From the NCBI GenBank assembly GCA_010015805.1, contig ML978130.1:310001-374000 (forward strand): a stretch of DNA of 64,000 nucleotides, written 5' to 3'. How positions within the stretch are numbered: the first letter of the stretch is position 1; every line of letters starts with the position of its first letter. Below, one piece after another: positions 11,903 to 24,402 of the stretch. A model generated the notes under the pieces. That model worked only from the letters and a program-made list of their open reading frames with translations. It was not told where the DNA came from and did not search any database. The stretch comes from Rhizodiscina lignyota (lineage: Eukaryota). The position numbers were made by a program, and so were the translations under genes.

Positions 11903-12118
11903 GAGACCCCTCGTATATTTGCAATGCCTCAATTTCAGCTTTGGGGTAACACGCTAGAGATGCACGATCGAAGGCGAACGAGCCGGATAATAGAGATCTA
12001 GCGGGGAGCAAATCGGAGATGCCGCCGCACGTGTAGGATAATAGTCAATCACATCCGATCCCGAAGCGCAGAGATTTATTGCCAAAGAACAACACTTCTT
12101 TGGAGAAACAGAACTGCC
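11903..12118. repeat. Dispersed direct repeat, copy 1 (copy 2 at 27902..28111)
   Basis: 11911..11980 vs 27910..27979: 61/70 identical without gaps; 12062..12118 vs 28055..28111: 48/57 identical. Confidence 0.9.
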
Positions 12119-12456
12119 TCTCCCTTTTAAACTTCTTTACAGATTACATACACCTTTAATGAGTTATCCTCTCAACGAGTCCCATCCGCGAGCCACCTGT
12201 AGTTACCTCCGTTAGCCGCACCTTCGATTCTCCCTTCGTAAGAACCACTTCATGTTGGATGGCCTATCATTCGCCGGACACGTCGGATAGTATATCCGAG
12301 CGTTCACTTGTATGTATAGCTTGAAATCACCCTTCTATCGAGGCCTCAACGAAATTCAACGAACAAAATCTTTCCTTCGTCTGACAGATGATCTTGGACA
12401 AACCCCAAGGGGACAGAATAGGCTCTCAAGCGCGAGTGCATAGAATCTCAGTCCCA

Positions 12457-13501
12457 TCAAACCTCTTCATTATTTCCTCCGGAAATTTGTACCTTGTCGA
12501 ACCTGAATCGTGCCCTCAGGATGGTGCAGAACTTTGAAGTGTCATATTCAACATCCACAGTGTCGAACGCGTATAGCTAGACAAGTTCAGAACGTGTAGA
12601 GGGGGCTAGTGTCAATCGCAAGACTTACCTGGTCGAACATGGAGGCGTCCCAGAAGTTCGTGTCGAGTCCCATACTATCAATGAGATAGCCCGAGTTTGC
12701 GATCAATCCGTCCATTGCTTGTGGTGGCATTTCCGATATGGAAAAGGTGGTGTCCATCCGCGAAGCATTCTCAATCGAATTGTTATTCTGTGGCAAATTC
12801 CTTGAGTCTTTGCGCTGCTCCGGGTCCATCTGCTTCATCCAACCCACCACAGAAAAAACCATGTCATACATGAGAGATGCGCCCATCCGCGATTTCACTT
12901 CCTGTCGTGGCCTTACGACTTCTTGCGAGGCTTCCTGACGCAGAAGGCAAATCAATCTTGCTATAATATGGAGCTCGTCCCCTTCCACTGTCGAGCAGGT
13001 GCTCAGCAAGTCTACTGCCCGCTGAATGGCAATTTCACTCTGGATAACCTCGAACTTAGGTAGGCCTTTTGTCAGACTCAGCTTCAGGAGTGCCAGGCAG
13101 GCATATCCAAGGCTCTTCCAATAAGCTCGAGGGTAATATGTTTGCACGGGCAGGCTCCGGGTGGAGTCGGTTCCATCTGCTTGTGCTGAAATAAGAGGTG
13201 TAGCGACAAATAACTGTATCAATCTTGTGGCACAACCGAATGCAGAAAGTCGCAGTTGTGTGGCTTCAGATGTCCTCAGCTTTATGGCTTGGTTGAGCCC
13301 AAAAGAGTAGAGATTGAGCTTGGCCACAAGTAGTGAAAACTCAATCCTGCTGCCCAACTTCGCTTCCGTCGTTCTCATTGAGTCGGCTAAGACGTTCAAG
13401 TCTGATTCAAGCATGTTCAACAGTCCAAAATGAGTGGTGTCTTTATCAGTGATTGGGTTAGTAGACATCTTCAGTGGTTTCCTGCCCCTAAAAACGTTCA
13501 A
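12457..13501 (-). pseudogene. C-terminal fragment of a fungal Zn-cluster TF (Leu3/Sef1-like region); no DNA-binding domain
   Basis: LLVAKLNLYSF, YYPRAYW and VKSRMGASLMYD motifs; donor GTAAGT after FDQ; frame begins at the stop codon of the upstream TF, first ATG at 13468. Confidence 0.6.
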
Positions 13502-16267
13502 TATATTATAGGCATATTCAAATTCGAATACTGCTGTAGCAAGAGATCATGATCCATATTCATCGGCTCCTCCCCAAACAGATCATTCCACCACCTATCA
13601 TTATTCGTCGACAGACTGACCTGGATCGCATTCGCCGCCCCCTGCGCAGCCAACAAGCTATCAATATCCAAGATCTCCAGCTCCTGCGACGGATCCAGCA
13701 CGTCCGGGACGTCGTTGAGCGCGTGCACCGCCGGCTTCCCCGTGTTGCTGCTGCACTCCGACACGAGCTGGGCCATGATCTCCGCGATGTCCTTCGCCTC
13801 GTTGTCGATCTCCACGTCGCGGACCTCCATGTTCTCGATCGAGCCGTACTCGATTGAGGTCTGGAAGCGGCAGGTGCGGAAGGACTGGGTCTTGGCGTAG
13901 GTGAACTCGGCGTGGGCGGCGCGGAGGACGCGGCTGTAGGCGCGAGTGAGCTTCCAATAGTGAATTCGGCGTTTGTAGACGGAGAAGACTTGGTAGATGA
14001 AGTTTGTGGTGCTGAGTTTAGGCGCGTTTAGGGGCACGCCGTCGTTGTCGTTGAGGAGAGCGATCTTCATCATGAAGAGGGACGAGAGGTAGAGGGCGTA
14101 GTCGAGGAAGGGCGTTCCAAGGAGATTCATTGGGTCGTTGCTGATGTCTAAGATGAATTTTGCGCTGTCGATTGCCTATGACTTCGTTAGTAAAGCTACT
14201 TGATATTTTTCAACGGACAAGATATCGACAAATAATATAGATCTTAATGGACAACTCAGATCTTTACAAATCATCCAGATATCAACAAAGAATATAAAAC
14301 TCGACAGACAACGTAGAACTCAGCAGACAGCATAGCAGACAGCATAGCATCCAGCAGACAAAGTAGAAATCGTTAGACAAAATAAGTAACATACTGTTTG
14401 TATAATATGCTTCGAGTCTTGTAGTGTTGCAGGTCTGAGAGCATGTTCACCGTTGCTTTCCGTCGCATACGCCAACAACTCCTCCGAAGCATACTCGAAG
14501 GTCTTCAAGCCGAGTAAGACAAACCCAATCTTACTGACAAGATGCATGAAGATAAAGCTACACCCCAGCGCGAAACCAGGAACACTATGAGCGGAGTAGT
14601 TCTCGAAGTTCCATTTTGATCTCTTGGGAAGCTCTGTGTCCCATTGAGTGAGATTTCGATGTGCGTGGTTAGTCTCGATTCTTAGCTTTTCCGCGGATTC
14701 TTCTGGGGCAAAGGCCCAGCGGGTGATTTCGCCCCAGACTTTGCAGACTTTGACCATGTGGCCGAATGTTGCTATATTGTCTCCTTGGGGCGATGGAGTA
14801 TAGAAGGTACGGTTCCCTAATTCGGCTGAGTCGTGTGTCAAGACCTGCTGAAGTTAGCTAATGTGATAAAAAAGAGACAACAGGAAACGACAAGATGAAA
14901 TAGAAATAATAAGAAATGACAAGAGAAATCAAAACAACAACAAGAGAATCTCACGTCGACATACCGGCCGGAAAAACATAAAATCGTTCTCAGAACTGGG
15001 CAACTGAATATTCACATCTTTTAGGTCAATTAGATGATGTCGAGGGAGACCTGGACTACCCGAAAGCACGTTCTGAGCATGATTTCCAGACGCAAGTAGT
15101 CGTTCTATGACGAAAGCGCCCCAAAAGCACCTTCTCCGGCACTCCCTTATCTTCCAAGGTGCATAAAGCGGAGAAACGGTCAATCGATCTTCCACGACTT
15201 CTTTTCCTAGGTCTAGTGACAGCACCGATCGTATTGCAATTCCTGTATGAATTAGCTGCTAAGTTGGATAATACATTCTCCAAGCCTCTCACCTAGATGC
15301 AACCAAGCTTCTTTGCCACGTTTCATGCTGAACTCGTGCAAAGTGAGCAATAGCATAGCGATAATGAAGTCCAATGTTCCCATTGAAGTTCCGGATAGGA
15401 GGAAGCCAACCGCAGCTTTGCCGTAGAACTCGGCAGCAGCGAGAGGTGTTCCATGTTTGGCAATCTCTGTTGTACTGAACCTGAAACTGGCATATTAGCA
15501 CAGCCTTCTATATACTGATCTGATCATACCTCGCCGCGTGCATACAAATTCCCAATGCTAGTTCAGGGGATAGTTGACCTCGCAAGATCTGGGAAGTGAT
15601 GGTAGGCTTGTGAAAGACACCAAAAATCTCAATGTATGTGGACCGAAGGAAAATTTCCCACATCTGAATTAATCCGCGTTTGTCTGGCTGTGCACATGTG
15701 TCAGGCATCAATCAAAAGGGGTAAAGGGGCCAGGAGGGCCTTACCAGGACCAACCCATGACAACGCCAATTGGGTTCGCTATTTTCTTAGACACTTGATG
15801 TGCGTGGTCAATGACCCTTTGAAGTTCTAACCTGTCAATTGGCGGGACCTCCATCTCATGGAGGTTTCGCAAGGAACTCGTGCCCTCCTCGCTTCTCTCC
15901 TGGAAGTACTGGGCAGCGCCCATCGGCATCTCGGAATGGTCATATCGGAACCCAGGGGATGATGCCTGTGCCCTGCTGAGTCTAGAATTTGCAGGATGAG
16001 CTGAAGCTGCTCCACGAGCTGGCCTTCTTCCCCTCCTATTTGGCAGCGTAGGCCATACACATTCCACGAGAGTGGCCACACAGGTGCCGCATTGAGGGTG
16101 CACGCCATCGCAGCGTACTTTGCGTGATCTATTCTAAGTCAGATTGGATATCTGACAAGTTCTGGCCATACTAACCTGCATCGTGTGCATGCTTGAGCTG
16201 CTCGGATTTCTGCTCGGGCCTGTCGGTTTTCGTGCGCCGGAGGAGCAGGACTTGCACTTGAAGACAT
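13498..16267 (-). CDS. Zn(II)2Cys6 transcription factor with fungal-specific TF domain
   Basis: Spliced N-terminus MSSSASP...ACTRCR|SRKVRCDGVHPQCGTCVATLVECVWP; RECRRRCFWGAFVIER middle homology region; multiple introns. Confidence 0.9.
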
Positions 16268-16722
16268 CCTGCTCAAAACTCAAGTATAGACTCATGAGTT
16301 TGATAGCGACATGGCGAGTTTCGGGATTCTTCTCGGTGGTAAAGAATAGGGGATGCATGTAGACAATCTCATGGCTACGTGTTCGGGGATGTTATATATC
16401 CGGCGATGTTGAATTGGCCGAAAGTTGCCGAAAAATACTATTGAAAACATAGCGCGATTAGCGATTAGGAATCGACAAAGCCAATTTAGACGCCACTGTC
16501 ACTTGGCAACTCCTTTCGATCAAACGTAGTCAGAATAGTCTCACCCGGCCCGAGCACGTTTTAAAGGATGAAGCTGTGATTAGCGACGCTTCGGAAAGCT
16601 AAATCCGGCAAAATACACGTGAACCCACTTGTTGCGCCAAGAAACGTTCAAATCACACGATGTCGCGGATTTACTCGTTATTCTGATCGTTGGACGGACA
16701 AATCTCAATTATTGGAGGTTAT

Positions 16723-17574
16723 CTAACAGAAAACAAGAGCTCGAACCTCAATCGACACTCTATGTGCCGCATTTTTGGGCGTTCGTGGGTCCTGAAATGC
16801 AGAATGTGGTGCTCTTCCCCCGACGACTTTCGAACCAGGTCGAAACGCGTCACTATCAAAACATTGTAGCATAATTCGTTCATTACAGTCGATCCCCGAC
16901 CAGTAATACCACTGATGTTCATCACTGTATTTGACGCCACCAGTCTCTCCGTCGTGATCAGGATATATATGCTTAATACCGACATATTCTTCCTCCTTCG
17001 CTGAAGATGCAGAGACAATTCCGAGTGGAAACTCTACTACCGGGCCATTTACTGGCATCCAGATGTTGATGATGCGGAAACGCCCCTCCAAGAGCTCTTC
17101 AGCTTCCTTTGGTAGGTGATATCTGACTCTTGCTACTGCTGATGCGGGAGTTTGATCGAGATGGCATCGAGTGAGAGGCGGTCGAGCTGCGTTTGGGTTC
17201 CAGGAGCGGATGGTGTGGTCGAAAATGAAGACTTTTTTACAATTTGGGATGTTGTCAAAAATGAGCTGCTCGACTTCTGGGTAGTAGTTTCTTCTGATGC
17301 TGTCGTCATTAATGAAATCCTTCTCCTTGCTTCGTGGTACATTGCTCAGAAGCTGGAACGAGTCTTTGTCCAGGTTGAATTCGTCTTCCCGACCTCGTGC
17401 ATCCTGCAGAGTAACTGAAAACGCTTCATCGCTGTAATTGCGCTCTGGTTGGCCGGCTGGAGGACTTTCAACGTAGTTGAATGGTGCTGAACCGTCCTTG
17501 GGAACAGAGTAATAATTGATTGTCGTCGTCACAGGCCCTCGAGGTATTTGGTCGTTGACAATAGTAACGGCCAT
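16723..17574 (-). CDS. AsaB/CmcJ-like oxidoreductase (often annotated 7-alpha-cephem-methoxylase-like or methyltransferase)
   Basis: YYPEVE, FDHTIR, HLDQT, INIWMP, APHSAF.DP, RVSIEVRALVF motifs; intronless 283 aa. Confidence 0.85.
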   Translation of the reverse strand: MAVTIVNDQIPRGPVTTTINYYSVPKDGSAPFNYVESPPAGQPERNYSDEAFSVTLQDARGREDEFNLDKDSFQLLSNVPRSKEKDFINDDSIRRNYYPEVEQLIFDNIPNCKKVFIFDHTIRSWNPNAARPPLTRCHLDQTPASAVARVRYHLPKEAEELLEGRFRIINIWMPVNGPVVEFPLGIVSASSAKEEEYVGIKHIYPDHDGETGGVKYSDEHQWYYWSGIDCNERIMLQCFDSDAFRPGSKVVGGRAPHSAFQDPRTPKNAAHRVSIEVRALVFC

Positions 17575-17792
17575 GGCTGACTTGTATTGATTTCGTCACA
17601 TCCACCCTTTGGCACTATATATATTTTTGAAGACATCACGTAAACTAAATCAGGCATGGAAATGGTCGCGTGATGCTGAGATAGTACCATCCTTAGCCTT
17701 CGGCCAAAACCTTCTCGAAGGTCAAATTACCTTTCTACAATAGGGTTGTAAGTAAACATTGATACTGGGAGCAAGTGAAGTGAGGTATTTTG

Positions 17793-17809
17793 CCGCCGGT
17801 ATGCGGCGG
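17793..17809. promoter_or_regulatory. Palindromic CCGCCG-N5-CGGCGG, candidate Zn2Cys6 binding site
   Basis: Inverted repeat of CGG triplets ~220 bp upstream of the AsaB-like ATG. Confidence 0.3.
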
Positions 17810-18314
17810 GAATATTCATGCTTAGAGTAGGTGGCTCGGCGACTTCGATGTCAACACGATGTTCCACTTCCGTATGCTCCACGGGTCGACCCAAACGGGC
17901 AAGGGAGGTTTAGTCACTTTAGATTACCAAGCATCATAGCCATTAGGCTATGAGTCTTCTGTTACAGAGGGTACACAATATTTGCTTACGATCCTCTCTG
18001 CTCGACCCATTACTTTTGGAGTTCATGGCTTGCTATGGTCTAGATAGTAAAGTGCGCATCTGCATGTCCTGTCACAGTGATAGATTATGTCCAACGTTTG
18101 AACCAGCCGAGAAAATCAGACCAGTAGTGATCTTTATGTGTATGATTAGATTAAAGCGTTTCTTTCGATATTTTTCCTTCACATGAGTAGAACGCAGCCG
18201 GTGCTGTTATTGCAGTATAGATTATTTGACATCCTTTGATATTACTATTGATTTAAAATATAAGCACGCATGTGATTATACCTGCTATGCCTGAAACCCT
18301 TCAATGTCTGGATT

Positions 18315-20616
18315 CTATCGTCCCAGAAGAGAGGACGTATATGACATAATGTACTGCCAAAAACACCTATGTGCAACGGAACAAACTTGATTGGTAGAGG
18401 ATGGTCTTTTGAGAATAGTCACCTCATCACCAACTGACCCGTCGCTGCCTTGGATGAAAGTAAATGAAAGCGCAGTAGAGTTGATAACCCGAAGTTTGTT
18501 GAACCCGTAATGTCGTTGATCAAGCTTGGCCGTGATTCGTGCAATGGACTGGTTCGCACTCAACACCACGTGAGATTCGCTGTTGCCGGCCATTCCATTG
18601 ATGATGTGGGTCATTGAGACTGTGGGATTGGTGTAGTATATATTGTCAGTTTTGATAGAAGATGTATCAACAGAACCATTCACAGTCATAGGCCAAAGGC
18701 GCTCGTACCAATGGATGTGACTAGAAATGGTCAGCGGAGAATTGGGTGAGAGCAAGTCAACAGAAATTACTCACCCGGATAGATAGACATCAACCCCATG
18801 TTCAAGTAGAAGAGTCTCAAAAGCCGCGCGTATGTCTTTTTGATAAGCTGAGACCTGAGTGCTATACATGGGCCGGTGAGACATGACAAGAATCCAAGGT
18901 GTCTTACGTCGATCAACAGCAGCCAAGTCCTTAGCAAGCCACTGGTACTGAGCGTAGGCCTTATTATCGTTATAGTCGCCGTCTACCTTCCCAAATGGCC
19001 CACTGTCAGTCACATGGGTGCTTTTCCTGCTAGGGTTTGTCTCGTTTCCTATAATGTTGCTGGCAAAAGGATGTTCTGGACTATTGGCGAAGTCGGTCTC
19101 TCCATCTAAGGAAATGAAATGAGCCAAACCGTAGTCAAATGAATACCACATGTTACCGACACCGCCACCATTTACTCCTCCAGCCATATTGAAGCGATGT
19201 TGATACGCGGTGAAGTTTCTGTGCCAATATTAATAGGAAATACCAATAAGTTGCTCGGGTGTTGTGTACCTCTGAGACGGTGGACAACTATAGTATGAAA
19301 GATCGCTACCCCAATTGGTCTCTCCTTCTTCGGATGTTGTGTTAGAGGTTCCATTGTTCAGGTATGCCGTCAAAAGATTTCCCGGACCGTCAAACTCTGC
19401 ACAAGCAGCCTCGTGGTTTCCGGGTAGAACCATATAAGGTATTTTAGTGGTAATATTGGACATCCCTGATACATCAAACCACCAAGTTAGCATTTTTGGA
19501 TAGTAAACTTCGAATCTATTCGAGGCTTCTCTCAATGTAGATGAGAAGTCTAGGCCATGACGAATTTGCAGTCACGTTATTAGAAAACAACACTTACACT
19601 GTTGCCAAAGATCCCAATTAGATTCGTAAATCACAGACATATCCCCGCCTTGTGGGCTTCCCCAGTTGGGAACTTCTCCAGGAGGCAGTGATGTGTCATA
19701 TTCTGCAATGTCCTCTGGAAAGTCTCCGGGGATCCTGCTGTCTGTGCCATTGTAGCAGACAGGCCACCGATCTTCTGGTGCGCATGGCAAGAAACCCAAG
19801 AACCAATCGTCTGCGTAACTCAGATCCCCTCCGTGCCAAGCAAAGGCGACACCGTCATCAACTGCCTAACAAGTCAAAGGTCAGGACACAGTACTTGTGC
19901 AAGAAATATGTCGGTCGAAAGTTTACCTTTGTCAGGTACTTATGCGTACCAGCAGCGTTCGTGTAGCCCATGTCATTCAATATCACGGCTGTGTACTCTT
20001 TGGCATCTCCGGCAGCACGCGCTGTAGAGAAGTTCAAGATCTCGGAGCGTGTGGTGCCATTAGATGCTGGAATTTGATAGTAGTAAGTCGTATCGGGTCT
20101 CAGGTTGTTGAGTCGTACTTCGTGAAAGAATTGACTGCATTGTGTTACAGTTGTCATAGAACATGGTGGAGTGCGATCATAACTAAATCAATACACACGT
20201 CAGCCTAGTGTCGCATCTCCAAGCTCTCGTCGTGGACATCAGTACTTGGAAACGTACGTATGAGAATAGCCAAATGCCATGCGATTCAAGTTTCTTGGAG
20301 ACGTTCCCCATTGTATAGACGGAGCTCCGTTCAATCCAAATGGTGTTTGGCAATGGATAACAATGCCATCAGGGATATACGCCATAGATATGACATTGAT
20401 ATTGTTCGAAGGGTTGTTCGTGGCCGGTTTCACCGCAGGAAGTTCTACCAAACGTTTAAAACCCTTTCCATCACCACTAACTGATGTATCAACCCAATCA
20501 CCAATTGGAACAGCGGGGCCCATGTATGGATAAGATTGGTCAACCACTGGAAGGGCGCACACAGTAGGACTGAGTAAACCCCCGAATAGCACAGCCGCCG
20601 CCGTGGGCTTCCACAT
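18315..20616 (-). CDS. Secreted purple acid phosphatase (metallophosphoesterase, AphA-like)
   Basis: Signal peptide MWKPTAAAVL...; NDMGY, GDLSYAD, PGNHE, MSHRPMY and GHIHWYER metal-ligand motifs over several exons; exact 3' end uncertain. Confidence 0.92.
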
Positions 20617-20941
20617 GATGTTTCCAGTAAATACAACAGAAAATATGAGATTAATTATATGACCAGACAGAGGGGTGGCCGATGAGATCTTAAAAGTGCA
20701 GGGCAAAATCTGGTTGTTAAGGAAATAGAAATATGCTACAATCGATGTTAACTGGGCTTGTACGGGATGTTTAGCATCTAATATTTGGCGTTACACATAG
20801 CGGTTGACCTTTAAGGTCAGATTAAATATGCAAATTGACTTGAGAATTACCCGAGAATTACTTTAGCTTCCTAACGATGACAGAGCTAGGCTAGACCTTA
20901 AGGTGGTGGGGATGTGGCTTGGTGAACGGACTGCCATGAAG

Positions 20942-20947
20942 CACGTG
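20942..20947. promoter_or_regulatory. CACGTG E-box, candidate Pho4/NUC-1/PalcA site
   Basis: ~330 bp upstream of the acid phosphatase ATG; a single hexamer, so weak evidence. Confidence 0.3.
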
Positions 20948-21008
20948 TCACCGGAAGCTATTATCCACATACAGGGCTAAGTGTGCTAGTAACTCTAGTT
21001 AGTATGTA

Positions 21009-21535
21009 CCGTGATTATCTCGTTCTTTCGCTGAAGCTAGTAGGGGCCCCTGGGGGTGCACGAGCTGCATAGAGGCTGTGGATACAAGTAAGCGATCGCC
21101 TTAGGTATTTAAGTGGGTGACAAAATAGTTGAGTCGTGGCTGTAGTATATAGAACTACGAAGATGTATATCCTCGATAGTTAATATAAGTTATACACGCT
21201 GAAGCTGCGTAGTTTAGATAAACAGACTCTAGGATATAATTTATCGACCTTTCAGAGATACTCTCGCTAGCGTTGAAGAGGAAACTTCGCTTCTGCTGAA
21301 CACGTTCAAACTTTATAGAACTCAACTATTTTGTCACCCTCATAGTATTCTATACTTTCGTAACTTTGCGTAGCCTTCATATCGATAATCACTATAGAAA
21401 CAAGAGCACAAGCCTTTAGAAGGCCCTTATAAGGTCATCGAACAGTTTGAAGCCTATGAGCCGAAGGGCCTCCGAGCAGCTCGTGCACCCCAGGGGCGCC
21501 CTACTAGCTTCAGCGAAAGAACGAGATAATCACGG
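21009..21535. mobile_element. Non-autonomous Tc1/mariner-type element (MITE) with ~60-bp TIRs and TA target duplication
   Basis: TA|CCGTGATTATCTCGTTCTTTCGCTGAAGCTAGTAGGG... at 21009 and its reverse complement ending at 21535|TA; first 37 bp perfect; TpA-rich interior. Confidence 0.9.
21111..21343. mobile_element. Nested ~230-bp impala/mimp-like inverted-repeat element
   Basis: Perfect 20-bp IR GGGTGACAAAATAGTTGAGT (21115..21134) / ACTCAACTATTTTGTCACCC (21320..21339); left end AGTGGG resembles CAGTGGG Tc1 termini. Confidence 0.65.
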
Positions 21536-21873
21536 TATTCTAGACCAAGTGGGTATCATGGATTATCTATCTGATAAAGTGGCCGAGGATCAAGTTGTAG
21601 ATTTCGCCGATTTCCTCGGCGCAGATGTATGGATTCGAATATAATCTATGTAATAAAAAGTCTCTATATTATGAACGAACTCAACTGATGAACAATCAAT
21701 AGAAAAGATTTTGCCTTCTGCATGTACTGCTTCTTTACTATGCAGTACCGCTCTGGCCTGTGAATTTCAATACTTGGCTCCGGTCATTCACACATCAAAT
21801 CTTTCCTCAGCCAGGTAGAATTTTCTCAAGAAAGAAAAATCGAGAAAGCTGGCTTATCAGGTAGACATGCGTC

Positions 21874-23561
21874 TTACACGGTGAGTACCTCCTCGATATC
21901 CAAATCAATTTCTCCCTTCTCATCGATTTGCATGGCAATTTGCTCCTTTCGTCTCTCGTTTGCCATCTGCTCTTCGGTAACAACTCCTTCAGCAGTCAAT
22001 AGTTCTTCGAATTTGTGGGGAACAATGACGTTTTCCTCAAGGAAGTAGTTGGTCTCCCTAACTTGCGTTATGATGATCATCAAAAGCGTAAAGATTCCGA
22101 CCACGTAGAGAACAAATTGGAATACCAGCTGGTGGAGGAAAGAAACACCTTGAGAGTCCATAATGAATGCTACCATCAAACCCCAGCCGATAGTGCCCTT
22201 GAATAAACCAGCGTATCTTGAGCAGGTGTCGGGGTCATTAGTCAGAGCCGCAAGCACCCATTGGACGCAGATCTGGTACGTCTACTCAATGTTAGTAATT
22301 CTAAAGCTTGTTGGTGTTTGAACACGTACTCCGTAAATGACTGCTTGGAGGAGATAAATGACAAAGCCAGGGCCAAAGTTTGAATCCGTCCAATCCACGT
22401 TGCGTGGGGTTCGATCCACATTGTTTGTGACGACCCAAGCTATGGCACCAGCAGAACCTGCAAAAGTAACAATACCTAACACCGTGGTACCAACGATTCC
22501 GCGCATTCGACGAGATTTGATGAAGCCAGTGTCCATTATTGCCGAGAGAATAAGGGGACTTGGGATCATGATGAGTTGAAAGCAAGCATTGTTAAGGGAA
22601 CGTGTTCGGAGATTGTAGGTATATGCGTTGATTACACTTGACAAGACCTTGAATTTCGACAAGTCAGCCAGAAGTCACATAGAACGGAGTTCTCTACCTT
22701 GATCGGGCGGCCGCACGATCAATTAGGGTCGAATAATACTTACCAGACTCATCTCAGCCACAAAGATGCCAGGAATCATCACCCAGACTTTCCAGTCTGT
22801 GAACAATAGCATGAGGCGTTTTGATTCGATCATGATGGAAGTGTGCTTGAAAATCGCGATGTGCGTGCCGTCATCTCGAGTGACGTGCTTCGGATTTACG
22901 ATGAAGAAAAGAGAAAGCAGGATGGCCATGCATTGGATGATAATGAAGACAGTGTAGAGAGTGTCTGTGGTTCTGGTTTCTGTGGCGTGGAAGTTGATAC
23001 CAAAGGCAATAAAACTGCCAACGGTACCTCCAAGGGAAGTCAACGCCCACTGCCACGAGATGAACCGCCCCTTTTCATCTTCATTTGCGTAGGCGAACTG
23101 GATGAAGCCAGCAGCAGTCCAGAGTAAAGCAGCAGTCAATCCTAGCCAAGCCCCTGCCAGATATGCGAACCAAACGTGTCCAGTCCGATCAAGATACCAG
23201 AGGGATCCGATGTAGATGGGATAGCCTGTAGCCGCGAACATAATGATAAGCTTTGGTTTGACAAGATTCAAAATAGTGCCTCCAAGCCATCCAGAGAGAC
23301 CGTAGAGACCAAAAGTGATAGCACTAGCGGTAGAAACCACATGCTGGGCCGAAGCAGTGCTACCTCCAGCTCCCAGACCCGTAATGGCAAGATAGATACC
23401 GGGAAGACAGAACAAGATGGAGCCCATCACATAATTCTGATTCCATGTTCTGCCATTGTTAGATATTGTTATTCAAGGATTTTATGCGTATGATAATACC
23501 GATTGAGACGAAATTTTCCTTTAAGACCGAGGTCTAGGGAGAAATTCTGAAAGCGATCCAT
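21874..23561 (-). CDS. MFS transporter, UNC-93-like family
   Basis: LFCLPGIYLAITGLGAGG, AALLWTAAG, YANEDEKGRF, VTRDDGT, NAYTYNLRTRSLN, SRYAGLFKG; 5' exon MDRFQNF at 23561; several introns. Confidence 0.9.
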
Positions 23562-24402
23562 GATGTATTATTGAATGTGAAAGTTGAAGATGGGAATGAA
23601 ATAAACTTAGCTGCAGATCAATGGAGGACCTACAATATTTATGCTTCTCTTCCTCCATTATTTCTATGGTTCTTTACTACATTACCACATGTCGTTGCGG
23701 AACTTGGAGATTCTGGATAATCATCTCAAAAGCGACCAATGAGTCCTGAGATATAAAAAACGTGGGAGCCTGAAAAAAGAGTGCTGTTCTATGTATACGG
23801 CCTAGAACATGCCTCGGTTGGCTACCACCCGGAATTCTTATTCAAGACCCGTACCAAATCTCATTGTGATAATATGGCCAAGAAAGAAGGGGCAGAAAGT
23901 GGCTAGCCAATATTGCGTATTTTCGACCAAAAATTCGGGACCAGTGCTCCAAACCTTATGACTTCGAAATCTTCCGCGGGTCTCGGCGAATTGGTGACGG
24001 TTTAGGCGAATTCGAAGATACGTGATGACAGTGCGGGTCGGCAACTTCATGACCCGTTTTCGGGGAAGCTGAGGTACAGACGCATAACTTCCCGTAGATT
24101 AAGAAAATCTCGAGAGCAAAGCCCACGCTATTGAACTATATTTTCCAGTGGTCATCCACGTTCAGATTCCCATCGATATAATAGGTCATCATATCATCTC
24201 TCAATCACCTTTTCACCATAGGCGTTTTAGACAGGACCCTTACCCACGCCACATGGCACGTGCACATACACGTGCGCTTCGCTCCCACACGGCCGCCAGG
24301 TGAGTGTTCGTTTTAGTTTTCCTCGACCTCGTCGTCGAGGTACATGAGGTTTGTGCTGTTTCGTGTTCCCTTTCTCTTCCTACAAGTTGTATGACAGTAA
24401 AG

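Noticed and set aside
20795..20905. Short palindromes TGACCTTTAAGGTCA and GACCTTAAGGT upstream of the phosphatase
   Set aside because: Too short to separate from chance, and no factor can be assigned
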